Of a stretch of 64,000 bases of DNA, positions 19,616-29,494 are shown in pieces. The position numbers and the translations under genes were made by a program. Positions within the stretch are counted from its first letter, which is position 1. Each line of letters begins with the position of its first letter. Origin of the DNA: Spirochaetia bacterium (lineage in GTDB: Bacteria > Spirochaetota > Spirochaetia > DSM-2461); the NCBI GenBank assembly GCA_963666985.2, contig CAXXIA010000002.1, positions 1,248,001 to 1,312,000 of the forward strand, written 5' to 3'. The notes beneath the pieces are model-generated. The model ran no database searches and was not told the DNA's origin. It was given only the letters and a program-made list of their open reading frames with translations.

Positions 19616-20323
19616 CTAAAGGAGATCCGGATCCTTTAAAGGCCTCATCTTCCGGCTTAGAATAACGCTGTCCGCACCGTATCTGTCCCGATAAGCATTA
19701 ATTAAAGAGGAACGAATCGTCATAATTCCCGAAATGTAATCCAGAGTGGATTTTGGAGCACCGAGACGCCCGACTCTCCCGGGACCGGCGTTATACATGG
19801 CCAGAGCCGCCACGACGTTTCCGGAAAGCTCCATCGTTTCTTTCAGGTACGAAACACCCAGATCGGCATTCAGCGTCGGATCGAAAAAATCATCTTCCTG
19901 AAGATAGAAAAACGTGGCCGAATTGAGCTGCATAAGCCCTCGGTCCGTCGTTCTGTTTACGTTCTTGCCGACGGCGGTCGTCTGAAAACCGCTTTCCTGC
20001 CGGGAAAGGGCGACAACCAGCGCCGGATCGATTCTGTGTTTCTCGGCGGCGTTCAGAAGGGCCTCGGCAACCTCTTGGTCACCAATTTCATCAATGAAAA
20101 ACTCAACAACGGACGCCCGCGTACGCGGATCTTCATATTGGGAGAGCAGTCCGTCCGCGATTCTCGAAAAACTGTAATCGAGGTAAATATAAACCGGCGT
20201 ATCGTCGGGAGTCTCATTCTCCGTAATGGAAACCGCCGAATCGCTCTGCGCCGCGAAAGATGCAAGCAATAAGGCGAAAACAACGATGGAAACACGTTTA
20301 ATTGGGGGCTTCTTATACTTCAA
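19616..20323 (-). CDS. Lytic transglycosylase (SLT domain), exported
   Basis: Signal peptide; RQES, GLMQL, YNAGP. Confidence 0.88.
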   Translation of the reverse strand: MKYKKPPIKRVSIVVFALLLASFAAQSDSAVSITENETPDDTPVYIYLDYSFSRIADGLLSQYEDPRTRASVVEFFIDEIGDQEVAEALLNAAEKHRIDPALVVALSRQESGFQTTAVGKNVNRTTDRGLMQLNSATFFYLQEDDFFDPTLNADLGVSYLKETMELSGNVVAALAMYNAGPGRVGRLGAPKSTLDYISGIMTIRSSLINAYRDRYGADSVILSRKMRPLKDPDLL

Positions 20324-20477
20324 AACAATAACCTTTTTAAACGCTCGAAAGTGAAAATGATTTTTTTCTTTCAGTAAAGGGATGAACCGCTCCGATTTAT
20401 GGAGTTTTTATGAAGAGATTTTGACGATTTCCATTAGGACATGGATTCGGATTCATACGGGCTATATCTTGTTAGAG

Positions 20478-21164
20478 ATGTTTCTGTTGAATGACGTCAC
20501 AAATCAGCTCCGTCATGAAATAAAGGCCATGATTCCGGTTAAAAATGTTGAAATTCGCCTTGTTTCGGTAACTCACGACCTCAGAAACGGTGAAGAGCGG
20601 GCTCTTATCGAGCTTCTGGCCCTTTCTTCCCTGCTCATCGGCAAGGCATGGGGCTCTTTTATTTTGGAATTATCGGCCACCGACGATGAGATTCGCGCGT
20701 CATACCGGCGGACCGGTCCTCAAAGCGCGACGCTGATGCCGTTTCCACCGTCATTAAAGAAGAAGATTGGGGCTCTCGGCGGTGAACTCGACGAAAACGG
20801 CGTCTTATGCATTCCCATGCCCGCCGCCAAGGATGTCCGGGTTATCGATTTGGATGAAGTCGTCGAAAGAACCGGCCTGACCCATGAAGAGGTCCATTCA
20901 ATTCTTAAAGGATTCATGGATGACGGAAGGCATAATATTCGTATACTTACCGAAGAAAATTTCCAGCCGAATCGCGAAACACGTCTTAGAGCGGCGCATT
21001 CACTCAAAGGATCGGGTAAAAATCTTTGCGCCTTGGAACTGACGGAAGCGGCGGCGGCGATCGAGAAATCACTCAAAAACGGAGAAGATTCACTTCCATT
21101 GATACAGAAGCTTAAAAGAGTATGGGAACATATCGAAAAATGGTATAGTGAGAATTCTCTATGA
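20478..21164 (+). CDS. Hpt-domain protein
   Basis: C-terminal AAHSLKGS...L.A Hpt motif; start uncertain (20382 or 20478). Confidence 0.78.
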   Translation: MFLLNDVTNQLRHEIKAMIPVKNVEIRLVSVTHDLRNGEERALIELLALSSLLIGKAWGSFILELSATDDEIRASYRRTGPQSATLMPFPPSLKKKIGALGGELDENGVLCIPMPAAKDVRVIDLDEVVERTGLTHEEVHSILKGFMDDGRHNIRILTEENFQPNRETRLRAAHSLKGSGKNLCALELTEAAAAIEKSLKNGEDSLPLIQKLKRVWEHIEKWYSENSL

Positions 21165-21517
21165 TGGCCAAGACGATTTTATACGCCGAAGACGAATTCA
21201 CCAACCGAAAAATCATGAAATACCAATGCGAACGCTTCGGTGTGGATTGTGTTCTTGCCGCCGATGGTTTGGAAGCTTTGGAGAGATGCCGAACGGAAAA
21301 GTACGATCTTGTCGTTCTGGATCAGTACATGCCCGGCCTCAATGGTGATGAAGTGGCCAGAGAACTGAAAAAGATACGTCCGGATCTTCCTCTTGTGGCG
21401 ATTACCAGCGACGACAGCTACGTTCCCCGTCTCAAATCTTCGGGTTTTGTCGCCGTTTATGTAAAACCTCTGCGCGGAAACGACTATAAAGAATTCCTGG
21501 AGACCTATGTAATATGA
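21161..21517 (+). CDS. Single-domain response regulator (CheY-like receiver)
   Basis: AEDE, LDQYMP, AITS, KPL. Confidence 0.9.
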   Translation: MMAKTILYAEDEFTNRKIMKYQCERFGVDCVLAADGLEALERCRTEKYDLVVLDQYMPGLNGDEVARELKKIRPDLPLVAITSDDSYVPRLKSSGFVAVYVKPLRGNDYKEFLETYVI

Positions 21518-23091
21518 GGGTTCAAATAAACCGCTTTTTCTTGATCCTGGTTCTGGCCCTCGCGGCATCGGCGGCTGTAACGGCGAACGAATCCTCCTAC
21601 CGCTTTACCGTCCAATTCAGTCCAAGCAGAATCAGCTGGAATCCTCATTACGCCTACACAACCACCGAAGCCCAGATATTCACGGCGCTCTATGAAGGTC
21701 TCGTTACTTTTCATCCGGCAACCCTCCGGCCCATTCCCGGGGCCGCCGAATCCTGGGATATATCCGAAGACGGAACCGTCATCACATTTCATCTGAGGGA
21801 CGGTCTCTTCTGGAGCAACGGTGAACGGCTCACGTCCATGGATTTTCGTGATTCCTGGCTGACTCTGCTCTCACCGAAAACAGGCGCCGAATACGCCTCC
21901 ATGCTTGACGACGTGGCGGGAGCCAGAGAATACAGAACCGGCTCGGGGAGCAGTGAAGATGTGGGATTGGAAACACCCGATGCGAAAACACTGATTGTTA
22001 CATTGAAGCAGCCGACTCCTCAGTTCCTGTCCATACTGTGCCATTACAGTTTCACACCCGTGCATCGTGATTTCAGAAACGAACCCGATTGGTCCGCACT
22101 CAAATCCGTCCCCGTAAACGGTCCCTACATCATCAGGGCAAGAAACGAGAATGAAATCCTCTTGGATAAAAATCCCAAGTACTGGGACGCGGACTCCCTG
22201 ACGATCAAAGCTCTTCGTATTTTGTTTCTGAATGACCCGGCCGAGGTTATGCGGCGGTTTAATCGATTCGAAATCGATTGGATCGTCTCCGGAATGGACA
22301 CATCTTTGCTTTCGGGCCCGGAATCGCTGATTATCGCGCCGCTTTTCTCAACAACGTATTACTATTTCTCCAATAACGGAACGGCATGGGCCGATGGAAA
22401 TATCCGGCGCGCTCTGTGTCTTCTTCTGCCTTGGGATGAGATTCGGGGCAATCGCTTCATTCCGGGAACATCGCTCGTACCGCCCATCCCCAACTACCCC
22501 GAATCATCGGCGGGATTCCCCGATGTGGCGATTCGGGCCGAACAAGCCCTTTCGCTTCTCGAAGCCGCCGGATACCCCGGCGGCCGGGGACTTCCCAGCC
22601 TGACCATTAAAGTTCCTCAAGAGGATCCGGTGGCCGAAGTTATGATGAAAACCTGGAAAGAAGCCCTGGGGATGGATGTTCGAATCGAGACGGTCACTTT
22701 TCCCGATTACTATGATTCGATCAATGAAAAAGGATACGACATCGCAACGCTTACCTGGACCGGAGATTACGCCGATCCGTATACCTTCCTGGGAATGTGG
22801 GATTCAAAAAGCAGCTTTAACGAATCGGGTTTCTCGGATACCGAATTCGATGCCATGCTCAGGGAATCCGCTCTTCTTCCCTATATTCAGAGACTGAATA
22901 AACTCAAAGAAGCGGAAGACCGTCTCCTTTATTCCTGCCAGGTTATGCCGATCGAACATTTTCCGGCGGTTAACATTATCGACCGGCGCTTCATCGAAGG
23001 ATGGTTCCCGAATGCCCTGGATATTCATCCGTTTAAAGATATCATGCCCAAGCTCGGATACAACATTCCGGGCGTCGTCATGGCCGACTGA
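21514..23091 (+). CDS. oppA: Peptide ABC transporter substrate-binding protein (OppA family)
   Basis: LYEGLV, PGAAESW, FHLR..LFWSNG, NGPY, W.GDYADP..FL. Confidence 0.88.
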   Translation: MRVQINRFFLILVLALAASAAVTANESSYRFTVQFSPSRISWNPHYAYTTTEAQIFTALYEGLVTFHPATLRPIPGAAESWDISEDGTVITFHLRDGLFWSNGERLTSMDFRDSWLTLLSPKTGAEYASMLDDVAGAREYRTGSGSSEDVGLETPDAKTLIVTLKQPTPQFLSILCHYSFTPVHRDFRNEPDWSALKSVPVNGPYIIRARNENEILLDKNPKYWDADSLTIKALRILFLNDPAEVMRRFNRFEIDWIVSGMDTSLLSGPESLIIAPLFSTTYYYFSNNGTAWADGNIRRALCLLLPWDEIRGNRFIPGTSLVPPIPNYPESSAGFPDVAIRAEQALSLLEAAGYPGGRGLPSLTIKVPQEDPVAEVMMKTWKEALGMDVRIETVTFPDYYDSINEKGYDIATLTWTGDYADPYTFLGMWDSKSSFNESGFSDTEFDAMLRESALLPYIQRLNKLKEAEDRLLYSCQVMPIEHFPAVNIIDRRFIEGWFPNALDIHPFKDIMPKLGYNIPGVVMAD

Positions 23092-23097
23092 GATTCT

Positions 23098-24345
23098 TTA
23101 AGGATTCGCGATCAGATTAACCCGAATCAGCGCCATTTCCCGAACGCCGTAGACTTTTTTTACCCCGAAAGGCAGAGAGGAGGCGATCATGGTGTTGATT
23201 CCGTGTATTCCTTCAGCCTTCAGTCTGGCGATTTTCCAATCGGCGATATTCCGATCCGCCTGTTTCACCGGCGAAAAATCATCGCCGGTCGTCTTCGAAA
23301 AGAACATGCTCATATAATCCGTCAGCCAGTCTTTCCGGCGGTTCAGCCATGTCTGAGTCCTGGAATCGCGGAATGTATATCCGAGATTCACCTTCGAGAA
23401 AAAAACCGTAGGCACTTCATCGGCCGTATTGCCCGTTACCTCGGGGATGTTCTTGTAAAAAGAAAATTCCGGAGTCCAGAGAATACCGGCGTCTCTTCCG
23501 GCGGAAGAGGGAACACGCACCATCAAATCACTCTCTCGTCGGTGAAGATCGGCCGTAACCGCCAGAATGATAAGTTCGTCGAGTTCCGCCTGCAGCCCGG
23601 GATTGTATTTCACGGCAATCCGCCAATGGGAATCCATGGAAAGATTGTAAAGAGCCGCAATTAAACTTCTCCAGGAGCCATCAAGATCTTCCATCCGCTT
23701 CCCGAAACGCCGACTTCCTATCAGTTCTTCTCTAATGCGATTGCGATCGGGCGAATACGTGGAAGCCGTTTCCCCCGGAGGAATCCAATCGGCGGCGAAT
23801 CGCGCAATGGAAATCTCCACCATGTCCTCAGCCGAAGAGCCGACGTTTTCCGATACATCAAAAACAGCGGTGATTTCCTGCGGAACTCCCGTAATAACGA
23901 GAATTTCATCCCGTGCCTTCTCAAACAGATACCGGACTCCGGCCGCATAGTCTCCGGCCCATTTCGGCGCGCCGGAAGCCATCGCGGCGTCCGCGTATAA
24001 CGCGCGTATCGATTCGGAAGATTCGGGAAAATATCTTCCGGCCTGACGCCGATCCGCGGCCCGTGAAAATTGGTTCCGTCCCGGATCCTTGGAAAGGAAA
24101 TGGATTAAATCACCAAGTCCGCCTCCGGGAGGAATCGGAGAAAAGACATACAATGCGGCCGAATCAAGGCCGCACGGTTCGCCATCCGAAGTACCTTTTC
24201 CAAGTAAAAGACGAACCGAGGAATTTCGTATATCCCTGGCGGCCCGTTTTTCGGGCACGTTTAAGAGTAATACGATAATCACCACCAGCACGAGAAAGCA
24301 AATACCGACTGTCGCCATGAGCAAGGGAACTGTTTTCCGACTCAT
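23098..24345 (-). CDS. Single-pass membrane protein with C-terminal FliL-like domain
   Basis: N-terminal TM; C-terminal FYKNIPEVTGNTADEVP..KVNLGY...LTDYMSMFFSK...LKAEGIHGIN resembles spirochaete FliL. Confidence 0.6.
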   Translation of the reverse strand: MSRKTVPLLMATVGICFLVLVVIIVLLLNVPEKRAARDIRNSSVRLLLGKGTSDGEPCGLDSAALYVFSPIPPGGGLGDLIHFLSKDPGRNQFSRAADRRQAGRYFPESSESIRALYADAAMASGAPKWAGDYAAGVRYLFEKARDEILVITGVPQEITAVFDVSENVGSSAEDMVEISIARFAADWIPPGETASTYSPDRNRIREELIGSRRFGKRMEDLDGSWRSLIAALYNLSMDSHWRIAVKYNPGLQAELDELIILAVTADLHRRESDLMVRVPSSAGRDAGILWTPEFSFYKNIPEVTGNTADEVPTVFFSKVNLGYTFRDSRTQTWLNRRKDWLTDYMSMFFSKTTGDDFSPVKQADRNIADWKIARLKAEGIHGINTMIASSLPFGVKKVYGVREMALIRVNLIANP

Positions 24346-24416
24346 ACAAAATTATTATCGGTATAAAGCGTCGGCGGTTTGACGCCTCTTTGGGTTTTCG
24401 ATATATTGTGACGGCC

Positions 24417-24926
24417 ATGGCCAAAAATACCGCTGCAACTCAATTCAAAAAGGGACAGCAAGTAGTCTATCCATTGCAAGGCGTCGGTCTCGTAGAAAAG
24501 ATCGAAGAGCGGCAATTCAGAGGCGAAATGGTTCCTTATTACGTGATGTATTTCGACGTATCCGACATGACGATACGGATTCCCGTCGCAACTGCCTCCG
24601 AACAGGGAATACGCGCTATCGTTCCCAAAGCCGAATCTGAAAAGGCTCTGGAACTTATTTCGGCCGAATATGAACCGGTTCCCACCGACTGGAAGCTTCG
24701 TTATCAAATGAATCTCGACCTTCTGCGGAAAGGCGACGTTACGGACATCGCACAGGTTGTCACCAAGCTCTACCATAGAAGCAAGGTAAAAGAACTGCCC
24801 ATTCTGGAGCGAAAACTCTACGACAGCGCCCTTCGTCTTCTGGTGGATGAAGTTTCGTTCTCCCTCGGCAAAAAGAAGGATGAGGTGGAACAGCTTATCT
24901 TCATGAAGCTGGAAGCGGGCGAATAG
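24417..24926 (+). CDS. carD: CarD family transcription factor
   Basis: VVYPLQGVG, IRIPV, GIR, conserved W in DWKLRY. Confidence 0.92.
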   Translation: MAKNTAATQFKKGQQVVYPLQGVGLVEKIEERQFRGEMVPYYVMYFDVSDMTIRIPVATASEQGIRAIVPKAESEKALELISAEYEPVPTDWKLRYQMNLDLLRKGDVTDIAQVVTKLYHRSKVKELPILERKLYDSALRLLVDEVSFSLGKKKDEVEQLIFMKLEAGE

Positions 24927-24938
24927 GCCGTTCTTCCG

Positions 24939-25619
24939 GTGCCGTCTTCCGCGGCGATAAAATCGAACGGACGGAATTGGGACGCGGAATTTACCGCCGT
25001 TTCCGCCGCCCTTTCCGATGTTCCTCTTCCCTCGGTCGATAGGATTAAATCGGAACGGTCCGAGCCCTGGGCCGTTCTTGCTTCCACCGTTATTTCCCTG
25101 AGAACAAAAGATGCCGTCACGCTGGAAGCGTCCAGGCGTCTTTTGGAGCGGGCGCCCTATCCCGAAGCCATACTCAAGCTCTCCGAAAATACCGTCGCCC
25201 GGCTGATCTATCCGGCGGGTTTCTATAAAACGAAGGCAAAGAATCTGCGCGATGCGGCCGGAATCATTATCGAAGAATACGGAGGGAAGGTTCCGTCCGA
25301 ACGTGATGAACTTTTAAAGCTGCCGGGCGTAGGGCTCAAGACGGCCAATCTGGTTCTGTCGGTGGGCTTCGGGATTCCGGCGATCTGCGTAGATATCCAC
25401 GTTCACCGCATCGCCAACCGTCGAGGCTGGATTCACACGGCGAAACCCGATGATTCGGAAAAGGCACTGCGTCAAGTCCTGCCGGAAAAGTGGTGGATTC
25501 CGGTAAATCGATTATTAGTGAGTTTTGGTCAGAATATATGCACACCGGTATCGCCGCACTGCTCGAAATGTCCGCTTGCCGAAAACTGCCCGCGAATCGG
25601 CGTTGAGAAAAGCCGATAA
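24939..25619 (+). CDS. nth: Endonuclease III (HhH-GPD, 4Fe-4S)
   Basis: LPGVGLKTA, VDIHVHRI, C-x6-C-x2-C-x5-C. Confidence 0.93.
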   Translation: MPSSAAIKSNGRNWDAEFTAVSAALSDVPLPSVDRIKSERSEPWAVLASTVISLRTKDAVTLEASRRLLERAPYPEAILKLSENTVARLIYPAGFYKTKAKNLRDAAGIIIEEYGGKVPSERDELLKLPGVGLKTANLVLSVGFGIPAICVDIHVHRIANRRGWIHTAKPDDSEKALRQVLPEKWWIPVNRLLVSFGQNICTPVSPHCSKCPLAENCPRIGVEKSR

Positions 25620-25644
25620 GAACGGGAAAAATGTTTTCGGTAGG

Positions 25645-25744
25645 GCAATTTCATAATTCATGAAATTGCTTCAATTCGATGGCCGAAATCCCTTGGGATC
25701 CGCTTTGGAAGGGCTTTGTTTCAAAAATCGCAGATTTTTGAAAC
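25645..25744. repeat. Two AT-rich perfect inverted repeats in a convergent gap
   Basis: GCAATTTCAT-N5-ATGAAATTGC (25645-25669) and GTTTCAAAAATC-GCA-GATTTTTGAAAC (25718-25744). Confidence 0.7.
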
Positions 25745-25754
25745 CACTCCGGGG

Positions 25755-25976
25755 TTATCCCTTTTCGGCGATTATCGCGTATGCGGCAATCTTCTCGTCG
25801 GGATAGAGGTTCGGAGGGATATGCTCCTTGCCTACGGATGAGGCAATCATATACCTCGCGCAATTTAAATTGTTGTTTTTGCAGTACTTCTCTTTGAGTT
25901 CTTCTCTTTCATCGGCCCTTTCGGTCAACTGACCGCGGAAGAAAGGGCATTCATCTATTAACTCACATTCAGCCAT
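25755..25976 (-). CDS. Small 4-Cys protein of unknown function
   Basis: C-x5-CPFF...YC-x6-CARY...P..LYP; 73 aa. Confidence 0.75.
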   Translation of the reverse strand: MAECELIDECPFFRGQLTERADEREELKEKYCKNNNLNCARYMIASSVGKEHIPPNLYPDEKIAAYAIIAEKG

Positions 25977-26212
25977 GAAGCACCCTGGTAACCGGAAGGT
26001 TCATCTCCGTTATTTTCACCCGGATTCCTTTCCCGCGTCAATTCTTTCGCCGGCAACATGACGTTTCGGTAAGATTTCTTGGCCCGTACCCCTATACCGT
26101 TATATAGTCATCAAAGCCGCCCGAGAATCCGACAGCCGTTTTGGGCGGTCTTCTATAAACCGGAATCTTGAGGATGAACGATCATGAGAAACCAAATTGA
26201 CGGGCGGAAGCA

Positions 26213-27157
26213 ATGATCCGCGCGGAAAATCTCTCAAAGAGTTTCGGCCGCATCAACGCGGTCAAAGACATCGATTTCCACATTAAAAAAGGTGAAATCA
26301 TCGGTTTCCTGGGTCCCAACGGAGCGGGGAAATCCACAACGATGAATATGATTACCGGCTACTTGGCACCCAGTACCGGAAAAATCTTCATCGACGGCAT
26401 CAATTTGCTGGAAGCACCGGAAGAGGCAAAAAAACTCATCGGGTACCTTCCCGAACAGCCGCCGCTTTATCTTGATCTCACCGTCGATGAGTATCTGAAT
26501 TTCGTCGCCGAATTCAAGAAAACCCCGAAAAGCGGCCGAAAGGGTGAACTCGACGATATTTGCGATCTGGTAAAAATCGGCGATGTCCGCTCAAGACTCA
26601 TCAAGAACCTTTCCAAAGGTTACAAGCAGCGCGTCGGGCTGGCGCAGGCCCTTGTCGGCGGAGCTCCGCTTCTGATCCTGGACGAACCCACCGTGGGATT
26701 GGATCCCAAGCAGATTATTGAAATCCGCGAACTGATCAAAGATCTCGGAAAAGAACGCACGGTCGTCCTCTCTTCCCATATTCTTCCGGAAATCAGCGCC
26801 ACCTGCGGACGAATCCTTATAATCGACAAAGGCTCCATCGTCGCTTCGGATACACCGGAGAACCTCTCACGAAGGCTTTCGGGAGCCACCCGGCTCAATC
26901 TGCTGGTGAAAGGATCTCCGGTCGATGTTCAATCGGCTCTGGAATCCCTGACCGATCTTAAATCTCTCAACGTGAACAAAGCTTCCGAAGACGAAACATC
27001 CGAGGTTGTCCTTGAGGCCGAAGAAGGAAAAGACATCAGGGAAGCCGTTTTCCGCGCTCTGGCCGCCGCGGACCGGCCCATTCTCCAGATGAGACCGGTG
27101 GATCTGAGCCTTGAGGATATCTTCCTCAACCTGACCACTCATGAGGAGGCTCTCTGA
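26213..27157 (+). CDS. ABC transporter ATP-binding protein (GldA-like)
   Basis: GPNGAGKST, LSKGYKQR, LDEP, SSH. Confidence 0.95.
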   Translation: MIRAENLSKSFGRINAVKDIDFHIKKGEIIGFLGPNGAGKSTTMNMITGYLAPSTGKIFIDGINLLEAPEEAKKLIGYLPEQPPLYLDLTVDEYLNFVAEFKKTPKSGRKGELDDICDLVKIGDVRSRLIKNLSKGYKQRVGLAQALVGGAPLLILDEPTVGLDPKQIIEIRELIKDLGKERTVVLSSHILPEISATCGRILIIDKGSIVASDTPENLSRRLSGATRLNLLVKGSPVDVQSALESLTDLKSLNVNKASEDETSEVVLEAEEGKDIREAVFRALAAADRPILQMRPVDLSLEDIFLNLTTHEEAL

Positions 27158-28020
27158 TGCTTGCAATCTTCAAAAAAGAAATGAAAACTTATTTCCTCAC
27201 ACCCACCGGATGGATTTTCCTGGCGGTGTTCCTGCTGGTTTCCGGGATTCTCTATTCCATTCAGCTGGTTTTTCCGCAGAGCTCGGAATACTCGTCGTTT
27301 CTGGCGAGTCTGCTGTTCCTGTTCCTTCTGGTGGTACCTCTGCTCACCATGAGGATTTTCACCGATGAAAAGCGGTTTTACACCGACCAGCTCCTGCTCA
27401 CCGGACCGGCGAGTCTTTGGGGCATCGTTTTGGGCAAGTTTCTGGCGGCATTCGCGGTGTTCCTTATCACCGTACTCGTCACGCTCCTCTATCCGGTTCT
27501 GCTGAGCTTCCACGGCCGGCTGGACTGGGCCATGATTATCGGAACCTATCTGGGCTTCATCCTGATAGGAGCGGCCTTCATCGCCATCGGCGTATTCGTT
27601 TCCCAAGCCTCCGAAGGCGTTGTCGGCGCGGCGATTCTGACCTTCTGTGTTTTGATGATTACCTTCATCATCGATTTTCTGCAGCCCTACATGCCCTCCA
27701 CGGAGCTCGCGGGTCTTCTCTGGACGGCGATCCTGCTGGCGCTCGCCCTCTTTTGGCTTTACAGCGCGGGCAGGAACTGGACGGTGACCGCCCTGGTGGC
27801 AGTCGTCGTGGCCGCCGCTCTTCTTCTCCTGTGGTTCCTGGGTAAAGATCTCTTTGCCGGACTCATAGGAAAAAGTCTCGCATGGCTCTCCCTGACGCGC
27901 CGATTCGGTTCATTCGCCATGGGACTTCTGCGGCTGGACTCAGTTCTGTATTACCTCAGTTTCGCCGGTTTCTTCCTGTTCCTCACGGTACAGGGTTTGG
28001 AACGGCGGCGTTGGAGCTAG
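27157..28020 (+). CDS. ABC-2 type permease (GldF-like)
   Basis: IFKKEMKTYF.TP, PLLTMRIF..EK...TDQLL. Confidence 0.9.
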   Translation: MLAIFKKEMKTYFLTPTGWIFLAVFLLVSGILYSIQLVFPQSSEYSSFLASLLFLFLLVVPLLTMRIFTDEKRFYTDQLLLTGPASLWGIVLGKFLAAFAVFLITVLVTLLYPVLLSFHGRLDWAMIIGTYLGFILIGAAFIAIGVFVSQASEGVVGAAILTFCVLMITFIIDFLQPYMPSTELAGLLWTAILLALALFWLYSAGRNWTVTALVAVVVAAALLLLWFLGKDLFAGLIGKSLAWLSLTRRFGSFAMGLLRLDSVLYYLSFAGFFLFLTVQGLERRRWS

Positions 28021-28030
28021 GGGCGAAACC

Positions 28031-29494
28031 ATGAATAACAACAAGAAAAAACTATCCGTCGAATTCGATTTCAAAACCAGGCACGCCGGGATTTCGGCTC
28101 TCATCATCATTGCGGTTTTATCCATTCTTCTCATCGTGAATATACTGATGGGAGAACTTTCACTCCAGGCGGATCTGACGCCGAAAAAACTCTACAGCCT
28201 AACCGACGCATCCAAGACTTTATTGGATAATCTTGAAGCGGATATCGAAATCATCGCTTTGTATGAACCCGGGAAAGAACCCGAGGAAATCATGTCGTCG
28301 GTAAAAGAATACGAACGGTATTCGGATCACATCTCGGTAAGCGTGGTTGATTCCGACAGGAAACCGGCGCTGGTCGCCCGGTTCTCGAAAGACGACGAAC
28401 CTGTTTCCAAGGGATCGCTTATCGTCTCCTCGGCATCCCGATTTCGCGTGATTCCCGCCATGGATCTCTACGAAGTCAGCTACAGCCAGCAGGGCCAGCC
28501 GCAGATTATGGGCATGAAGGTGGAACAGCAAGTCACCTCGGCCATCGCGTATGTGACTTCGGGCCGAACGCCGAAAATTTATGAAATCACCGGTCATAAC
28601 GAAACCACCCTCGCATCCCTCGGCTACGGTTCGATGCTGACCCAGGCGAACTACTCGCTCGAAGATATATCCCTTGTACGGGAAGGGATTCCGGCCGAAG
28701 CCGACATTGTAACCCTTATCGGTCCCCGGCTGGATTTCTCCGAAGTCGAAGCCGACATTCTCGGCCGGTACCTGGAAGACGGCGGAAAACTGTTTGTCGC
28801 CCTCGACCCGACCATGGAGGATGTTCATCCGAATCTCTACGCGCTTCTGGCGAAATGGGATTTGGAAGTGATTAACGGACTGGTGATTGAAACCCAAAAG
28901 AACAGGCTGATTTCCCAATTCGGAGACAATCCGTTCATCTTCGCTCCCTACATGGAAGATCATGTGGCTCTGCAGCCTCTTAAGGAAGAGAAATCGGATC
29001 CGGTCTTTCAGGCCGCTCTGGGCTTCCGCCGAACGCAGGCCCAGCAGCGGCAGATTGAATATTTCCCCATTCTCTCTTCATCGAAGGATTCCTGGATTCG
29101 AACGGATCTGCAATCGGATAAGTCGGGAGAATTCGAGCCTATTCCCGGAGACGAGGCGGGACCGATCAACGTTGCCGCGGCCGTCCGCCGGCGAAGCCTT
29201 GATACTTATCAGCCCGAAGGCGCCTGCATCGTGGCCTTAGGTACCGCCGCTTCTTTAAAAGGTTTGGGATTTCTCGGACAGCTCCGATCCAACGCCGATT
29301 TGGTTCTGAACTTGGTGAATTGGGCCGTCGACGATCCGGCGACCGTTAATGTGGCCTCCAAAAGCCTCTTTCGGCTTCCTCTTCGCATGAGTTCGCTGAC
29401 CGGTATTATCTATGCCGGTATAGCCATTATTCTTATTCCTTTTGTCTGCATCGGAGGAGCACTCTTCGTTCACTTCAAAAGGAGACATAAGTGA
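28031..29494 (+). CDS. GldG-like ABC auxiliary component
   Basis: DLTPKKLYSL, GHNE, GP..DFS..E...L..YL..GG, NADL.LNLVNW, C-terminal TM + RR. Confidence 0.88.
   Translation: MNNNKKKLSVEFDFKTRHAGISALIIIAVLSILLIVNILMGELSLQADLTPKKLYSLTDASKTLLDNLEADIEIIALYEPGKEPEEIMSSVKEYERYSDHISVSVVDSDRKPALVARFSKDDEPVSKGSLIVSSASRFRVIPAMDLYEVSYSQQGQPQIMGMKVEQQVTSAIAYVTSGRTPKIYEITGHNETTLASLGYGSMLTQANYSLEDISLVREGIPAEADIVTLIGPRLDFSEVEADILGRYLEDGGKLFVALDPTMEDVHPNLYALLAKWDLEVINGLVIETQKNRLISQFGDNPFIFAPYMEDHVALQPLKEEKSDPVFQAALGFRRTQAQQRQIEYFPILSSSKDSWIRTDLQSDKSGEFEPIPGDEAGPINVAAAVRRRSLDTYQPEGACIVALGTAASLKGLGFLGQLRSNADLVLNLVNWAVDDPATVNVASKSLFRLPLRMSSLTGIIYAGIAIILIPFVCIGGALFVHFKRRHK

Noticed and set aside
18614..19639. 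341-aa plus-strand ORF
   Set aside because: Shadow of aroF-pheA.
25717..25745. parS- or dif-like site
   Set aside because: The arms resemble TGTTTCA/TGAAAC, but the spacer is far longer than the 2 bp of parS; no XerC/XerD consensus.
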